Under the pieces are notes generated by a model. It had not been told where the DNA came from. It saw only the letters and a program-made list of their open reading frames with translations, and did not search any database. DNA of 50,477 nt from Escherichia phage EC125. The position numbers and the translations under genes are program-made. Positions 20,019 to 28,918 of the stretch are shown one piece after another. The stretch is from the sequence record ON185586.1; one strand, given 5' to 3'. Every line of letters begins with the position of its first letter. Within the stretch, counting starts at the first letter, position 1.

Positions 20019-20633
20019 TTAATCATAGTGTGATGCATTTATAACCAAAACAGATGAAGCGGTGTAAATACCAACAGGTCCAGGAGTTTGTGCAACCTGC
20101 CTAGAAAAAGAGTAGATCCCGTTACCATACGCGGCAGCTTGAGACTCAAAAATCATGAATCCACCTAAAGCCGGATTAGGAACAGAGTTTAATGCTGTCA
20201 GTGATGGCATTATGGCGCAAGGATAGCCCATGTTAACATCAAATGCGATCCCGCTTACGCCTACTTGCTTTGCATCTAGCGGCCTCATTTTTCCATGATA
20301 AACCATTTCACCATGAGCATTATAAAACGCTATGCCGTGACTACCTGGGGGAGTCACCATATTACTAAAAGCATAAACAATAACCTCACCCTGATTATCA
20401 GATCTATCAAGTCTTATTGCGTGCCTTCCACCATTGTTAAATTGCGTGAATGATATGTATGATTTAGCGGTCAATCTAACAAAGAAAAAACATACCCTAT
20501 CAACAGGAATTGACGAAGTAAAAACGGTTCCGGTATTAGCAGATATTACGGCCCGATCAATTAGATTAACTGGAGTGAAATCTGGACTTAACCATAACGA
20601 TCCGTCTGATTTTTTTATACTCATCCCGTACAT
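20019..20633 (-). CDS. hypothetical protein (third gene of lipoprotein-led operon)
   Basis: track start is TTG; ATG at 20633 follows GGGGG; about 204 aa; no motif recognised. Confidence 0.5.
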   Translation of the reverse strand: MYGMSIKKSDGSLWLSPDFTPVNLIDRAVISANTGTVFTSSIPVDRVCFFFVRLTAKSYISFTQFNNGGRHAIRLDRSDNQGEVIVYAFSNMVTPPGSHGIAFYNAHGEMVYHGKMRPLDAKQVGVSGIAFDVNMGYPCAIMPSLTALNSVPNPALGGFMIFESQAAAYGNGIYSFSRQVAQTPGPVGIYTASSVLVINASHYD

Positions 20634-20635
20634 TA

Positions 20636-20914
20636 TCACCCCCAAAAAGTATATATATATCTTGAATCAGATCCAGAAAGCCCACTCCATGTAACGGTGT
20701 CGCCACTCACCCCTAAGTTTGGTGCGCCAGGGTCGCCACCACGCCAGGAATTCATGCCAACATATATTGCTTTCAATGATTTACCTGGCGGCCTGTTTTG
20801 GTAAGTCTTGCTACCTGATGGCTGAGTGAATTTATCAAGGAAGAAAACAGGCGTTAAAAGTCCTGTAACTTCCCTTCCTCGATCGTCATATATTGCATAA
20901 CCATATTGCGCCAT
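20636..20914 (-). CDS. hypothetical protein
   Basis: 92 aa; stop/start overlap with the lipoprotein gene (TAATG on minus strand). Confidence 0.5.
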   Translation of the reverse strand: MAQYGYAIYDDRGREVTGLLTPVFFLDKFTQPSGSKTYQNRPPGKSLKAIYVGMNSWRGGDPGAPNLGVSGDTVTWSGLSGSDSRYIYTFWG

Positions 20915-21183
20915 TAATTACACCTCAAATCAATAAATTTACTTTCATTTTGCCAACGGTTGATAAATTTAACTTCTTTATTGTCAACGCTCAACCTGTA
21001 TTGCTTTTGGCTGAATCTGTTTTCGCGGACTGCATTAATTTTGACTTCATGGAATCCGTTAACAGGGAATGTTTTAACGTTAAATTTTGCCGTGCAATCG
21101 ATCTCCTTGAAGTTGCCAGTAGGCGACGCTGCGCATCCTGTCAGAGCGGCTACAGTGGCGATAACTGCGATTAACTTTTTCAT
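20914..21183 (-). CDS. small lipoprotein, candidate Cor/Llp-like superinfection exclusion protein
   Basis: 89 aa; signal peptide with lipobox LTGC; two further Cys; adjacent to receptor-binding gene J. Confidence 0.5.
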   Translation of the reverse strand: MKKLIAVIATVAALTGCAASPTGNFKEIDCTAKFNVKTFPVNGFHEVKINAVRENRFSQKQYRLSVDNKEVKFINRWQNESKFIDLRCN

Positions 21184-21238
21184 CTTTATATCTCCTTAGT
21201 TGTTGTTGTTTTCAACTATACACGATCTTGGGCATCGC

Positions 21239-21259
21239 GTTTAGCAAAAAGTGCTATTT
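21239..21259 (-). promoter_or_regulatory. 21-bp element with promoter-like module for leftward lipoprotein operon
   Basis: minus-strand reading AATAGCACTTTTTGCTAAAC, then TATAGT at the fixed distance. Confidence 0.5.
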
Positions 21260-21626
21260 GTTATTTTTTGTTTTCCGGTGTTATCGAATTTAAGTCGGCG
21301 TAAATTTAGCGCAAATTTTATACAACATAAGATCAATAAACAATCAATAAAATAGATATATACATATAAAATCAATAGTTTATTTATTTATGTATGTATA
21401 TTTGTTTTTTCTTGTTATCTGCGTTTCTTGTGGTTTTGGTTGTTTGTGGTGATTTTTCTTTCTGAGTATCTGTATGTGCCATCATTCATGTGTATGTATA
21501 TAATCCGGCGTATCTGAGAGAACAGGGGAACAAGAAAAATAACACATATTAATCATTAACTTATGAGTCAAATCTGTTTTCTTGCCATCTGAGAACGTTT
21601 AGAAAACAGAAAAAACAAAACAGCTA

Positions 21627-21654
21627 TTGACTAAATCAACCAAATGGCTACAAT
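21627..21654 (+). promoter_or_regulatory. near-consensus sigma70 promoter (TTGACT-16-TACAAT) for the recombination operon
   Basis: hexamers read directly about 30 nt upstream of the exonuclease ATG. Confidence 0.5.
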
Positions 21655-21684
21655 GCACGCATAAAGCAACAAGGAGCATTAAAG

Positions 21685-22740
21685 ATGAGTGATTTTAACG
21701 CCTACACTAGCGAAGAAATGAGCAACGAGCTTTATCATGATCCTAACGCGTGGACGGCTGAATATGTCAGCGGTTCCAGCCTGGCGGAGATTTACAGCAC
21801 TTGCCCGGCGTACTGGAAGTACAAGCCGCGCCAGGAAACTAAAGCACTTGTTTTCGGTACGCAGTCGCATACCAACTTTGAAAGCAAGGAGCTATTCGAA
21901 AAAACATATCGCCGCGCACCGTCGCAGGATGATTTTAAAGATCTGATCACTAGCCAAACGGCGTTAGCATCAAAGCTGAAATCTTTTGGCCTGAAAGGTA
22001 CGACGGGTAAACAATACCCTGAATTACTGGAAATGCTGTACAAGTGCGGCGAGGATCTCAATGTGTGGTGGCTTATCGAAATGATGGCAGAATGCCAGGC
22101 CGCAGCGGACGGAGTGCAGTTAATAGACGCTAAAGATTATGATGCCTGTGTAGCGATGCGGCGCGTACTTGAGGCCATACCGGAGCATAACGCTTGCATG
22201 AACAGCCCAACCGCGCAGCGTGAAATGTCAATATTTGGGATCATCAACGGCGTAAAAGTAAAAGTGCGTCTTGATCACGTTGACGTAAACAAGGATGTAA
22301 AGGCAACAATCATTAACGGTTACGACGAAAAAGGCAGGCCGATTTATGAAGAAGTCACCTATCCAGAAGCGGTGATTATCACTGACTACAAAACAACGGT
22401 TAGCGCAAATCCGGTTGACTTCCAGCGACTGGCTTACAATCACGGCTATTATCTTAAAATGGCTTTGCAACATGACTTATTCAAAAAGGCTTATCCAGAC
22501 GAGGAAAGGCCAGTAATTGTAAGATTGCTTGCGCAGGAGAAGAAAGAGCCTTACTTGCCGCTTGCTTTCCGCATGAATATTGAGCAATTGAAGATCGGGC
22601 GCATCCAGTACATGAGCGTGATCAACAAGTTCAACGTTTGCCAGCAGTTATACGAATGGCCTTCGTATGCAAACGGGCAACCGGAAATTGATCTTGATAC
22701 TCCTGATTGGGTTCGTGCTCAATTCAGGCATTATCTTTGA
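21685..22740 (+). CDS. PD-(D/E)XK recombination exonuclease (putative)
   Basis: 351 aa; ...IITDYKTT... and ...YYLKMALQ... motifs; first gene after a strong promoter; followed by Erf-like and SSB. Confidence 0.6.
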   Translation: MSDFNAYTSEEMSNELYHDPNAWTAEYVSGSSLAEIYSTCPAYWKYKPRQETKALVFGTQSHTNFESKELFEKTYRRAPSQDDFKDLITSQTALASKLKSFGLKGTTGKQYPELLEMLYKCGEDLNVWWLIEMMAECQAAADGVQLIDAKDYDACVAMRRVLEAIPEHNACMNSPTAQREMSIFGIINGVKVKVRLDHVDVNKDVKATIINGYDEKGRPIYEEVTYPEAVIITDYKTTVSANPVDFQRLAYNHGYYLKMALQHDLFKKAYPDEERPVIVRLLAQEKKEPYLPLAFRMNIEQLKIGRIQYMSVINKFNVCQQLYEWPSYANGQPEIDLDTPDWVRAQFRHYL

Positions 22741-22815
22741 TAAACTAAACAAATAGCTAAACTTTTATAATGGTTGGTGATATAATTCGCCAACCAGATA
22801 ACGGGAGAATGAGAA

Positions 22816-23073
22816 ATGACAGACAAAGACAATGCCACATTATTGCATTTAGAACGATTCATTGATCGAGTAACCATTGCAATGAAAGAATTTATTAAGC
22901 CGATGAACATTAAAGAGTCGGAAGAAATGAAGACTTACATCAAGGACGTGGTTGCATCCATTGACAACGTTATCCTTGTTGCAACGATGAGCAAGGGAAA
23001 CAAAGAGCGCGAGAGGTTGGTTGCTGAATCAACAGAAGAATTTATTAAAATGCTTGAAAGCGAGAAGGAATAA
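22816..23073 (+). CDS. hypothetical protein
   Basis: 85 aa, helical and charged. Confidence 0.45.
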   Translation: MTDKDNATLLHLERFIDRVTIAMKEFIKPMNIKESEEMKTYIKDVVASIDNVILVATMSKGNKERERLVAESTEEFIKMLESEKE

Positions 23074-23730
<657 letters not shown>

Positions 23731-23773
23731 TAAACGTGGCGCTTGCGCCCCTTTTGTCATAGGAGAAAACAAA

Positions 23774-24226
23774 ATGCACGTTATTACAGGTGAGATTAGA
23801 AAAGAGCCAAAAGTAAAGCAAATGCCTAACGGCAGCACGCTATATGTTATTGAGCTTTCCGAACGATACAAAGACCGAGAAGGAAATTGGCAGTATACAA
23901 ACTATGTGTTTTTCTTTAACGCGAAAACAGACGGCCTGAATGGTTGGTATGCTGAGGCGTTCCAGGTGGGCAAGGTTATTTCTGTTTCCTGCGATACCTT
24001 GCGAGTTGAAACGCGAGAATACAACGGAAAGATTTACAGTACCGTGCAGCCTGGCGGATTTGCAAACTTGCTATTTAGCCAGAGAGGTGAAAGCCAGCAA
24101 CAATATCAGCAGCGAACGCAAGGAGGATGGGGGCAACCACAACAGCAACAGCAACAAAATACTCAACAGCAGCCGCAGCAAAGCAATCAGCCTCCGATTG
24201 ACTTTGACGACGATATACCATTCTGA
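23774..24226 (+). CDS. ssb: single-stranded DNA-binding protein
   Basis: ATG at 23774; OB-fold-like N-terminal region, Gln-rich linker, acidic tail DFDDDIPF. Confidence 0.8.
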   Translation: MHVITGEIRKEPKVKQMPNGSTLYVIELSERYKDREGNWQYTNYVFFFNAKTDGLNGWYAEAFQVGKVISVSCDTLRVETREYNGKIYSTVQPGGFANLLFSQRGESQQQYQQRTQGGWGQPQQQQQQNTQQQPQQSNQPPIDFDDDIPF

Positions 24227-24236
24227 TAACAAAAAG

Positions 24237-24258
24237 CCCCGCATATGCGGGGAATTTT
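24237..24258. terminator. bidirectional terminator between ssb and tail-fibre cassette
   Basis: A-run, CCCCGCATATGCGGGG, T-run. Confidence 0.6.
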
Positions 24259-24261
24259 TTA

Positions 24262-24471
24262 GTCTAACGTGGTTGGTTTGTTTACCAGTGCCGCTACAAC
24301 CGCTTTTAGCTCGTCAATTTCTTTTCTCATCTCATCGTTTTCCGCTTTCAGTTTCTTAACGTGGTGAATCAGTGGAACAGTGAGGCGGTCATACATAACG
24401 CCTTCCGCCACCATGCCATTACTTGAAGCAATGGCAGGATCTTCTCCTTCTTGCAGCGGTCGCCAGTGAAC
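24262..24471 (-). pseudogene. in-frame continuation of the chaperone domain downstream of the TAA at 24472-24474
   Basis: same frame stays open for 70 codons (VHWRPLQEGEDPAIASSNGMVAEGVMYDRLTVPLIHHVKKLKAENDEMRKEIDELKA...) up to a TAA just before the terminator. Confidence 0.5.
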
Positions 24472-24996
24472 TTACTCCGGCGCAATTTCTCCAACCTCTT
24501 CCGCGATTAGCCCGTACCATCCCCAATCTTTACGGTCGCTTTCACAAGTTGACCGATACCAAACAGGACGCATTTCAAGCATCAGATCCGCATATTCATC
24601 AATAACCGATTCTACGCTGCTCTTATAACGAGAAGAGGAAGTGGAGCGTAAAACTTGCGACACTCCAGCATTTGGATCAAGCCATAAGTTTGCTGATTGA
24701 GCGGTTGTGCTTAGTCTAAACAAATAAAATTTCTCGTTACCAGTCAGGGGGTAAAAACTGCCACCATACCTTCCGCTACCCAACTCGGACGATAGATCAT
24801 TTTGTTTTAGATACAACTTCAACTTATTGTCAACATCAGTAGTTGATGCTTTTCCTGCAACATCCTGTTTTAGTGTCGAAACATCACTTTTCAGCTTCGT
24901 TATATCACCAGGAATAGTAGCAACATCCTGTTTTAGTGTTGAAACGTCATTTTTCAGATTCGTTATATCACTAGGTATAACAGTGACTGTAGCCAT
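24472..24996 (-). CDS. tail-fibre-like protein with C-terminal S74-type intramolecular chaperone domain (truncated by TAA)
   Basis: 174 aa; AAGGAG RBS; repeats DITNLKNDVSTLKQDVA x2; ...YGLIAEEVGEIAPE then stop where chaperone domains have PELV. Confidence 0.6.
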   Translation of the reverse strand: MATVTVIPSDITNLKNDVSTLKQDVATIPGDITKLKSDVSTLKQDVAGKASTTDVDNKLKLYLKQNDLSSELGSGRYGGSFYPLTGNEKFYLFRLSTTAQSANLWLDPNAGVSQVLRSTSSSRYKSSVESVIDEYADLMLEMRPVWYRSTCESDRKDWGWYGLIAEEVGEIAPE

Positions 24997-25008
24997 TTTC
25001 CTAACTCC

Positions 25009-25287
25009 TTAAGCCCATTCTCTAATAGGCTGATCTAACTCAACCACGTATCCATTAAAAATTACGGCATCAAACTTATCATCAATGATTCGCAAATTGA
25101 CGAAATAGCCGTCGTTCTTTCGCGCAATCTCATCGCCATCGTCAGATCGTGCAATTACTGTGTAAGTATTGCCGATTACATCGAGCATGATTGCATCCTG
25201 AATGGATTCGTTTTCGTTCCATTCAATTTCTTCCAGAAAGGCGGAAAACTCCGCCTTGTCTACAAATTTCAGTGTTAAATCACGCAT
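25009..25287 (-). CDS. hypothetical protein (possible tail-fibre accessory)
   Basis: 92 aa; start overlaps tail-fibre stop (TAATG). Confidence 0.45.
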   Translation of the reverse strand: MRDLTLKFVDKAEFSAFLEEIEWNENESIQDAIMLDVIGNTYTVIARSDDGDEIARKNDGYFVNLRIIDDKFDAVIFNGYVVELDQPIREWA

Positions 25288-27263
25288 TATACAATTTCCC
25301 CCAATTGATGATCTGTTAGTGCCTTGTGCCATATACGGAAGTTTCTAACGTGCCCGAAAAGATGGCGTTCGCCTGTACTTGTTTGTCCGCCAATCCTTAT
25401 AGTAGCCGTTGATACTATATATCTCCATTCCGTTTTTGTTTCGCTTGATATTCTGGCATTACTTACACAACAAGTATTGTAATCACTCTTTACTCTCATT
25501 CCTATGATCATCTTTTTTAGTTTCGCATTCTCGTTAACCCTTCTGTTTGATTTACCTATATCGCAATAAGGGAATCCATCATTATCGCCCTCGGCAGATC
25601 CGAAAGCAAGAATAATTGCCGCACCAGATTGATGACCTCCAGTATCAAAAACACGAGGAGCAGCATTTGGCGTTATACTCCAGTTTTTATTAGCTTCCAC
25701 AAGTAATGTAAACGGCAAATTGTAAAGGTTGTTTTTTATTGGTAATGTAACCATATCGCTTGCCCGTGTTACTGGAGTCCCTTCTGTAATAATAAAGGAT
25801 GAAGCGCACGCCCCACCTTCAACTTGAGGTGTCGCAATATAAATATAATCATCCGCGCCAGTGCCCACTCCTTTTGCCGGGGCATACTGAATCATTCCAC
25901 CTATCATATTTTCTGTATCAAGTGCCTTAATTGTCGCCTCAAGAAAGATCCATTTGCTTGCTTCATCTTTAACAGCCCTTGCAGTAATACGATTTGCAGC
26001 GACGCCAGTTTTTTCAATTGATAAATCTGTCAGATTTACGTAAGCATCACCCAAAAATGTATAAGCAGATCCATCGTAGTTTTCAAATCGTAATCGGCAT
26101 CTTAAATTTGGAGTCCCACTTTGCGCCCTGCATGATATGGTTACATACTTTTCATTTCCTGTTACATCAAAACCTCTACTGCTGGAAACGGTTACTATGT
26201 TAATCGCTGAAGTTTGTCCTACCATTTCTGGTTTTAATGTAAATTTTGCGTACTGGAATCCGAAATCATCTACACCTGATCTATCTAAGATCATATTTGA
26301 TGACTTGTTCCATTTTGAAGGATTGGTACTATTTATAAGAAGGTTTGTTCTTTGCCCCTCAATGAGCAGACCATCCTTTTCAAATCTAGGTTCATCAATA
26401 GCAGCATTAGTAAGCACCCCAGACTTATTAATGTAAGTAGCGGTTGATGCGCGTTTAAACTTAACAATCTTGTCACCTGGCATCGTGATCTCATCGTCAC
26501 CTATAACAATCTTTTTATATGACGGAGAGAATCCGGTGATCATATCCAGGGAATCATTAAACGGTATCCACACGTCCGGCAACGGTTGCAATAAATCTTT
26601 GTAAGGTTCTGCGGCCTGCTTTGCGTATTCCTCCGCTTGATCTCGCGCACTTTCAGCTCCTGCCTTTGCAGTGTTCGCAGCGTCACGCGCTGATTCAGCG
26701 CCAGACTTTGCTGCTTCAGCGCCAGTCTTTGCAGTGTTTGCAGCGTCGCGCGCGGATTCAGCGGCAGCCTTTGCAGTATCAGCACCTTTCTTGCTATTCG
26801 CTGCATTTGTTTCGCTTGTCTTCGCTTTATTCTCGCTGGTTTTAGCTGCCTGCTGGCTTGCTGCTGCTGCGTCAGCATTTGTCTTTACGTCTTCCTGGAT
26901 CTTCTGTAGCTTATCCCAATCAAAATCCTTGATGATCTCAATAAATCCAGCAAACTCCGATTCCTTCCCATGGTAATAACGCAGCGTTTCCGCTACGTCT
27001 TGCGCAAGACCGTCAACCGTTAACGAGTCATGAAGCAAGATCAGGTAATTTGTCTTCTGGACTACAGCGCCGCCAGTAGTAATTGCGCGAATGCTTGTAT
27101 CGCTAATCACTTCTGTAATCACAGCAGCTTGCAAAGGTTGAGCAAGAAAGAAAATAGTTGCGCCTGGGCGAATCAATGTTAATTGCTCACGCCATTTTGT
27201 ACCGTAACCAGTTACATAACCTTGCGCGTCCATAGACGCTTGGCCTTGTCTGTAAATCGCCAT
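25287..27263 (-). CDS. tail fibre protein (Ala-rich repeat region, LamG-like C-terminus)
   Basis: track start is GTG at 27287; ATG at 27263 after AGGAGG; about 658 aa; ...RNFRIWHKALTDHQL... C-terminus. Confidence 0.7.
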   Translation of the reverse strand: MAIYRQGQASMDAQGYVTGYGTKWREQLTLIRPGATIFFLAQPLQAAVITEVISDTSIRAITTGGAVVQKTNYLILLHDSLTVDGLAQDVAETLRYYHGKESEFAGFIEIIKDFDWDKLQKIQEDVKTNADAAAASQQAAKTSENKAKTSETNAANSKKGADTAKAAAESARDAANTAKTGAEAAKSGAESARDAANTAKAGAESARDQAEEYAKQAAEPYKDLLQPLPDVWIPFNDSLDMITGFSPSYKKIVIGDDEITMPGDKIVKFKRASTATYINKSGVLTNAAIDEPRFEKDGLLIEGQRTNLLINSTNPSKWNKSSNMILDRSGVDDFGFQYAKFTLKPEMVGQTSAINIVTVSSSRGFDVTGNEKYVTISCRAQSGTPNLRCRLRFENYDGSAYTFLGDAYVNLTDLSIEKTGVAANRITARAVKDEASKWIFLEATIKALDTENMIGGMIQYAPAKGVGTGADDYIYIATPQVEGGACASSFIITEGTPVTRASDMVTLPIKNNLYNLPFTLLVEANKNWSITPNAAPRVFDTGGHQSGAAIILAFGSAEGDNDGFPYCDIGKSNRRVNENAKLKKMIIGMRVKSDYNTCCVSNARISSETKTEWRYIVSTATIRIGGQTSTGERHLFGHVRNFRIWHKALTDHQLGEIV

Positions 27264-27278
27264 TTGTAAAATCCTCCT

Positions 27279-27299
27279 AAATAGCACTTTTTGCTAATG
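27279..27299 (+). promoter_or_regulatory. 21-bp element, inverted relative to and abutting RBS of the leftward tail-fibre gene
   Basis: AATAGCACTTTTTGCTAATGA next to CCTCCT (AGGAGG on minus strand). Confidence 0.5.
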
Positions 27300-27327
27300 A
27301 CAATGCAGATAATAGCATTTTCAAGTG

Positions 27328-27352
27328 CAAAAAAAAACCCCGCATAAGCGGG
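27328..27352 (-). terminator. terminator after primase (leftward)
   Basis: A-run on plus strand then CCCCGCATAAGCGGGG. Confidence 0.55.
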
Positions 27353-27369
27353 GCAATACTAGCGGAGTT

Positions 27370-28299
27370 TTATAGCAGTGATTCGGGATTGTAGAGTTTT
27401 CTTTCTACTCCCTGTTTAAAATTATCGTTAACATGCATCATTATGTCAAGCCCTCTTTCCTCTGCCGCGATTATCACATCACGATCATCTTTCCGGCAGA
27501 CTACGCGCATTCTTCTTTCTCCTTTATATCTATGCGCAACCATTTCAAGATTTGAAGGAGTAAAACAGGCCCACACCTCTTGACCAGTTGATAAATGAAC
27601 ATGCTGAGAATCAACCCAATCAAGGCACAAATAGATCGTCTTATCTGTGCTACCTGTTTTAACAACAGATCCGCGCGTGTAGTCGCGAGCTAAAAACCAA
27701 TCATTTCCATCCTCATCAATGAAAAGCACGTTACACATTTCATCATCCAGCCCGTCATCATGCACCAGGTGACAAGGTAGCGCGTGAATGTATCGACCAT
27801 CCTTGACGCCGCAATCATAATGACAATCTTCCGGCGGATATATCCCCTCATAAACGCTTAAAGGTGTGCGATCGAATTTTAATGTTTTTGCCATCACTTT
27901 TTCGCAACATTCATGACTTGCCTGTTTCCCGAACGAGTAACCAGAAGAACGCGAAGCGCGTTTGTTTGCTCTGATCCTGTAATCTTGTGGCACTTTTCCG
28001 AGGAAGCGGCCCAAAATGTTGATGGCCTCGCTGTAAGGTTCGCCAGTTAATTTCATTAACCAACCGATCCCCGTGTCGTTTCCGCATACGTTGCAGATCG
28101 CGCCGCCGTCGCCATCTTCATTTAGCTTATCAGTCCATCTAAAACGATCCTTACCGCCGCAGTGTGGGCAAGGTTGATGCTTTTTGTTGAAAACATCGCT
28201 ATGCAGTCCGCAAATGCTTTGTAGTGCTTCACGCCATAACCCCTTCATATATGGCAAAACATCTTCTTTCTGATAGGTCATAAAGTTTTCAGTATTCAT
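27370..28299 (-). CDS. DNA primase (zinc-binding, putative)
   Basis: track start GTG at 28377; ATG at 28299 after GAGG; CPHCGG...CNVCG zinc-finger-like motif. Confidence 0.65.
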   Translation of the reverse strand: MNTENFMTYQKEDVLPYMKGLWREALQSICGLHSDVFNKKHQPCPHCGGKDRFRWTDKLNEDGDGGAICNVCGNDTGIGWLMKLTGEPYSEAINILGRFLGKVPQDYRIRANKRASRSSGYSFGKQASHECCEKVMAKTLKFDRTPLSVYEGIYPPEDCHYDCGVKDGRYIHALPCHLVHDDGLDDEMCNVLFIDEDGNDWFLARDYTRGSVVKTGSTDKTIYLCLDWVDSQHVHLSTGQEVWACFTPSNLEMVAHRYKGERRMRVVCRKDDRDVIIAAEERGLDIMMHVNDNFKQGVERKLYNPESLL

Positions 28300-28354
28300 G
28301 GCAAACCTCAATAAAAAAGCCCAGCAAATATTATCATTTCGCTGAGCCTTATCA

Positions 28355-28831
28355 TTAGCTATTTGTGCTGTTATCACCTTTGTAGAATCGTCCGCCTGGT
28401 TCGTAGTCTGAATTTTTGACTACGCGCAACATCTCGTATTTGTCGCAACGGGTAGTAAGAGGCTTACCGTTAGAATCAAACCGCAGATCTGGACGACAAA
28501 ATGATGCGCGGTATCCTTTGCATCCATTATATTTGTAGTCGTTATGCACCTTTTGTGCTCCAGCGGCTGAAATCATACCACGCTTTCGCCATTGGTTAAC
28601 GACTTGCTGAGATACGCGTAGACGTCGAGCCATAGCAGGAACACCGCCATAATACTCGATCAGAATATCCAGGCGAGATTTCAGGCTTGCTTTTACCTCA
28701 TCTCGCAGGATAAGAAATCCGGTTCGGTGTTTTCGTGGCTTTTTGTCTTTACCTCGTCGCGTTCCGTTGTTACCGTTAATAGTGCGCTTGTCGATCTCAC
28801 CCGTAGACACTGCAATTCGTGCATCTTTCAT
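28355..28831 (-). CDS. putative DNA-binding protein (HTH)
   Basis: 158 aa; ...MARRLRVSQQVVNQWRKRG... helix-turn-helix-like; basic N-terminus. Confidence 0.4.
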   Translation of the reverse strand: MKDARIAVSTGEIDKRTINGNNGTRRGKDKKPRKHRTGFLILRDEVKASLKSRLDILIEYYGGVPAMARRLRVSQQVVNQWRKRGMISAAGAQKVHNDYKYNGCKGYRASFCRPDLRFDSNGKPLTTRCDKYEMLRVVKNSDYEPGGRFYKGDNSTNS

Positions 28832-28841
28832 CTAGTCACCT

Positions 28842-28862
28842 CATAGCATTTTTTGTTAAAAC
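28842..28862 (+). promoter_or_regulatory. 21-bp element with promoter-like module upstream of helicase
   Basis: CATAGCATTTTTTGTTAAAAC then TATTAT 22 nt after TTGTTA. Confidence 0.55.
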
Positions 28863-28918
28863 AGTTTATTGTAATGAGTCTATTATATACTCCAAATGGC
28901 ATTTTTTAAAGGTTTAAG

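Larger units (their letters stand above)
21184..21684. other. AT-rich non-coding control region I
   Basis: 500 bp without ORFs; direct repeats CAATAAA, TGTATGTATAT, G/T-rich repeats; contains promoter at 21627. Confidence 0.5.

Noticed and set aside
21300-21480. Possible DnaA boxes or classic iterons marking a defined origin
   Set aside because: I could not find exact TTATCCACA-type boxes; the repeats are AT-rich and degenerate, so I report only a candidate control/origin region.
24100-24180. CAG/CAA-rich stretch (poly-Gln) near the end of ssb as a repeat element
   Set aside because: It encodes the flexible Gln-rich linker before the acidic SSB tail; a coding low-complexity region, not a mobile or regulatory repeat.
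23940-24359. 139-aa plus-strand ORF overlapping the ssb C-terminus and the terminator
   Set aside because: Out of frame with ssb, spans an intrinsic terminator and the start of the minus-strand fibre gene; no RBS.
26540-26976. Overlapping ORFs on both strands (26540-26878 minus, 26621-26845 plus, 26671-26976 plus) within the tail-fibre gene
   Set aside because: They arise from the GC/Ala-rich repeat region of the fibre gene (repetitive GCN codons read open in several frames); not independent genes.
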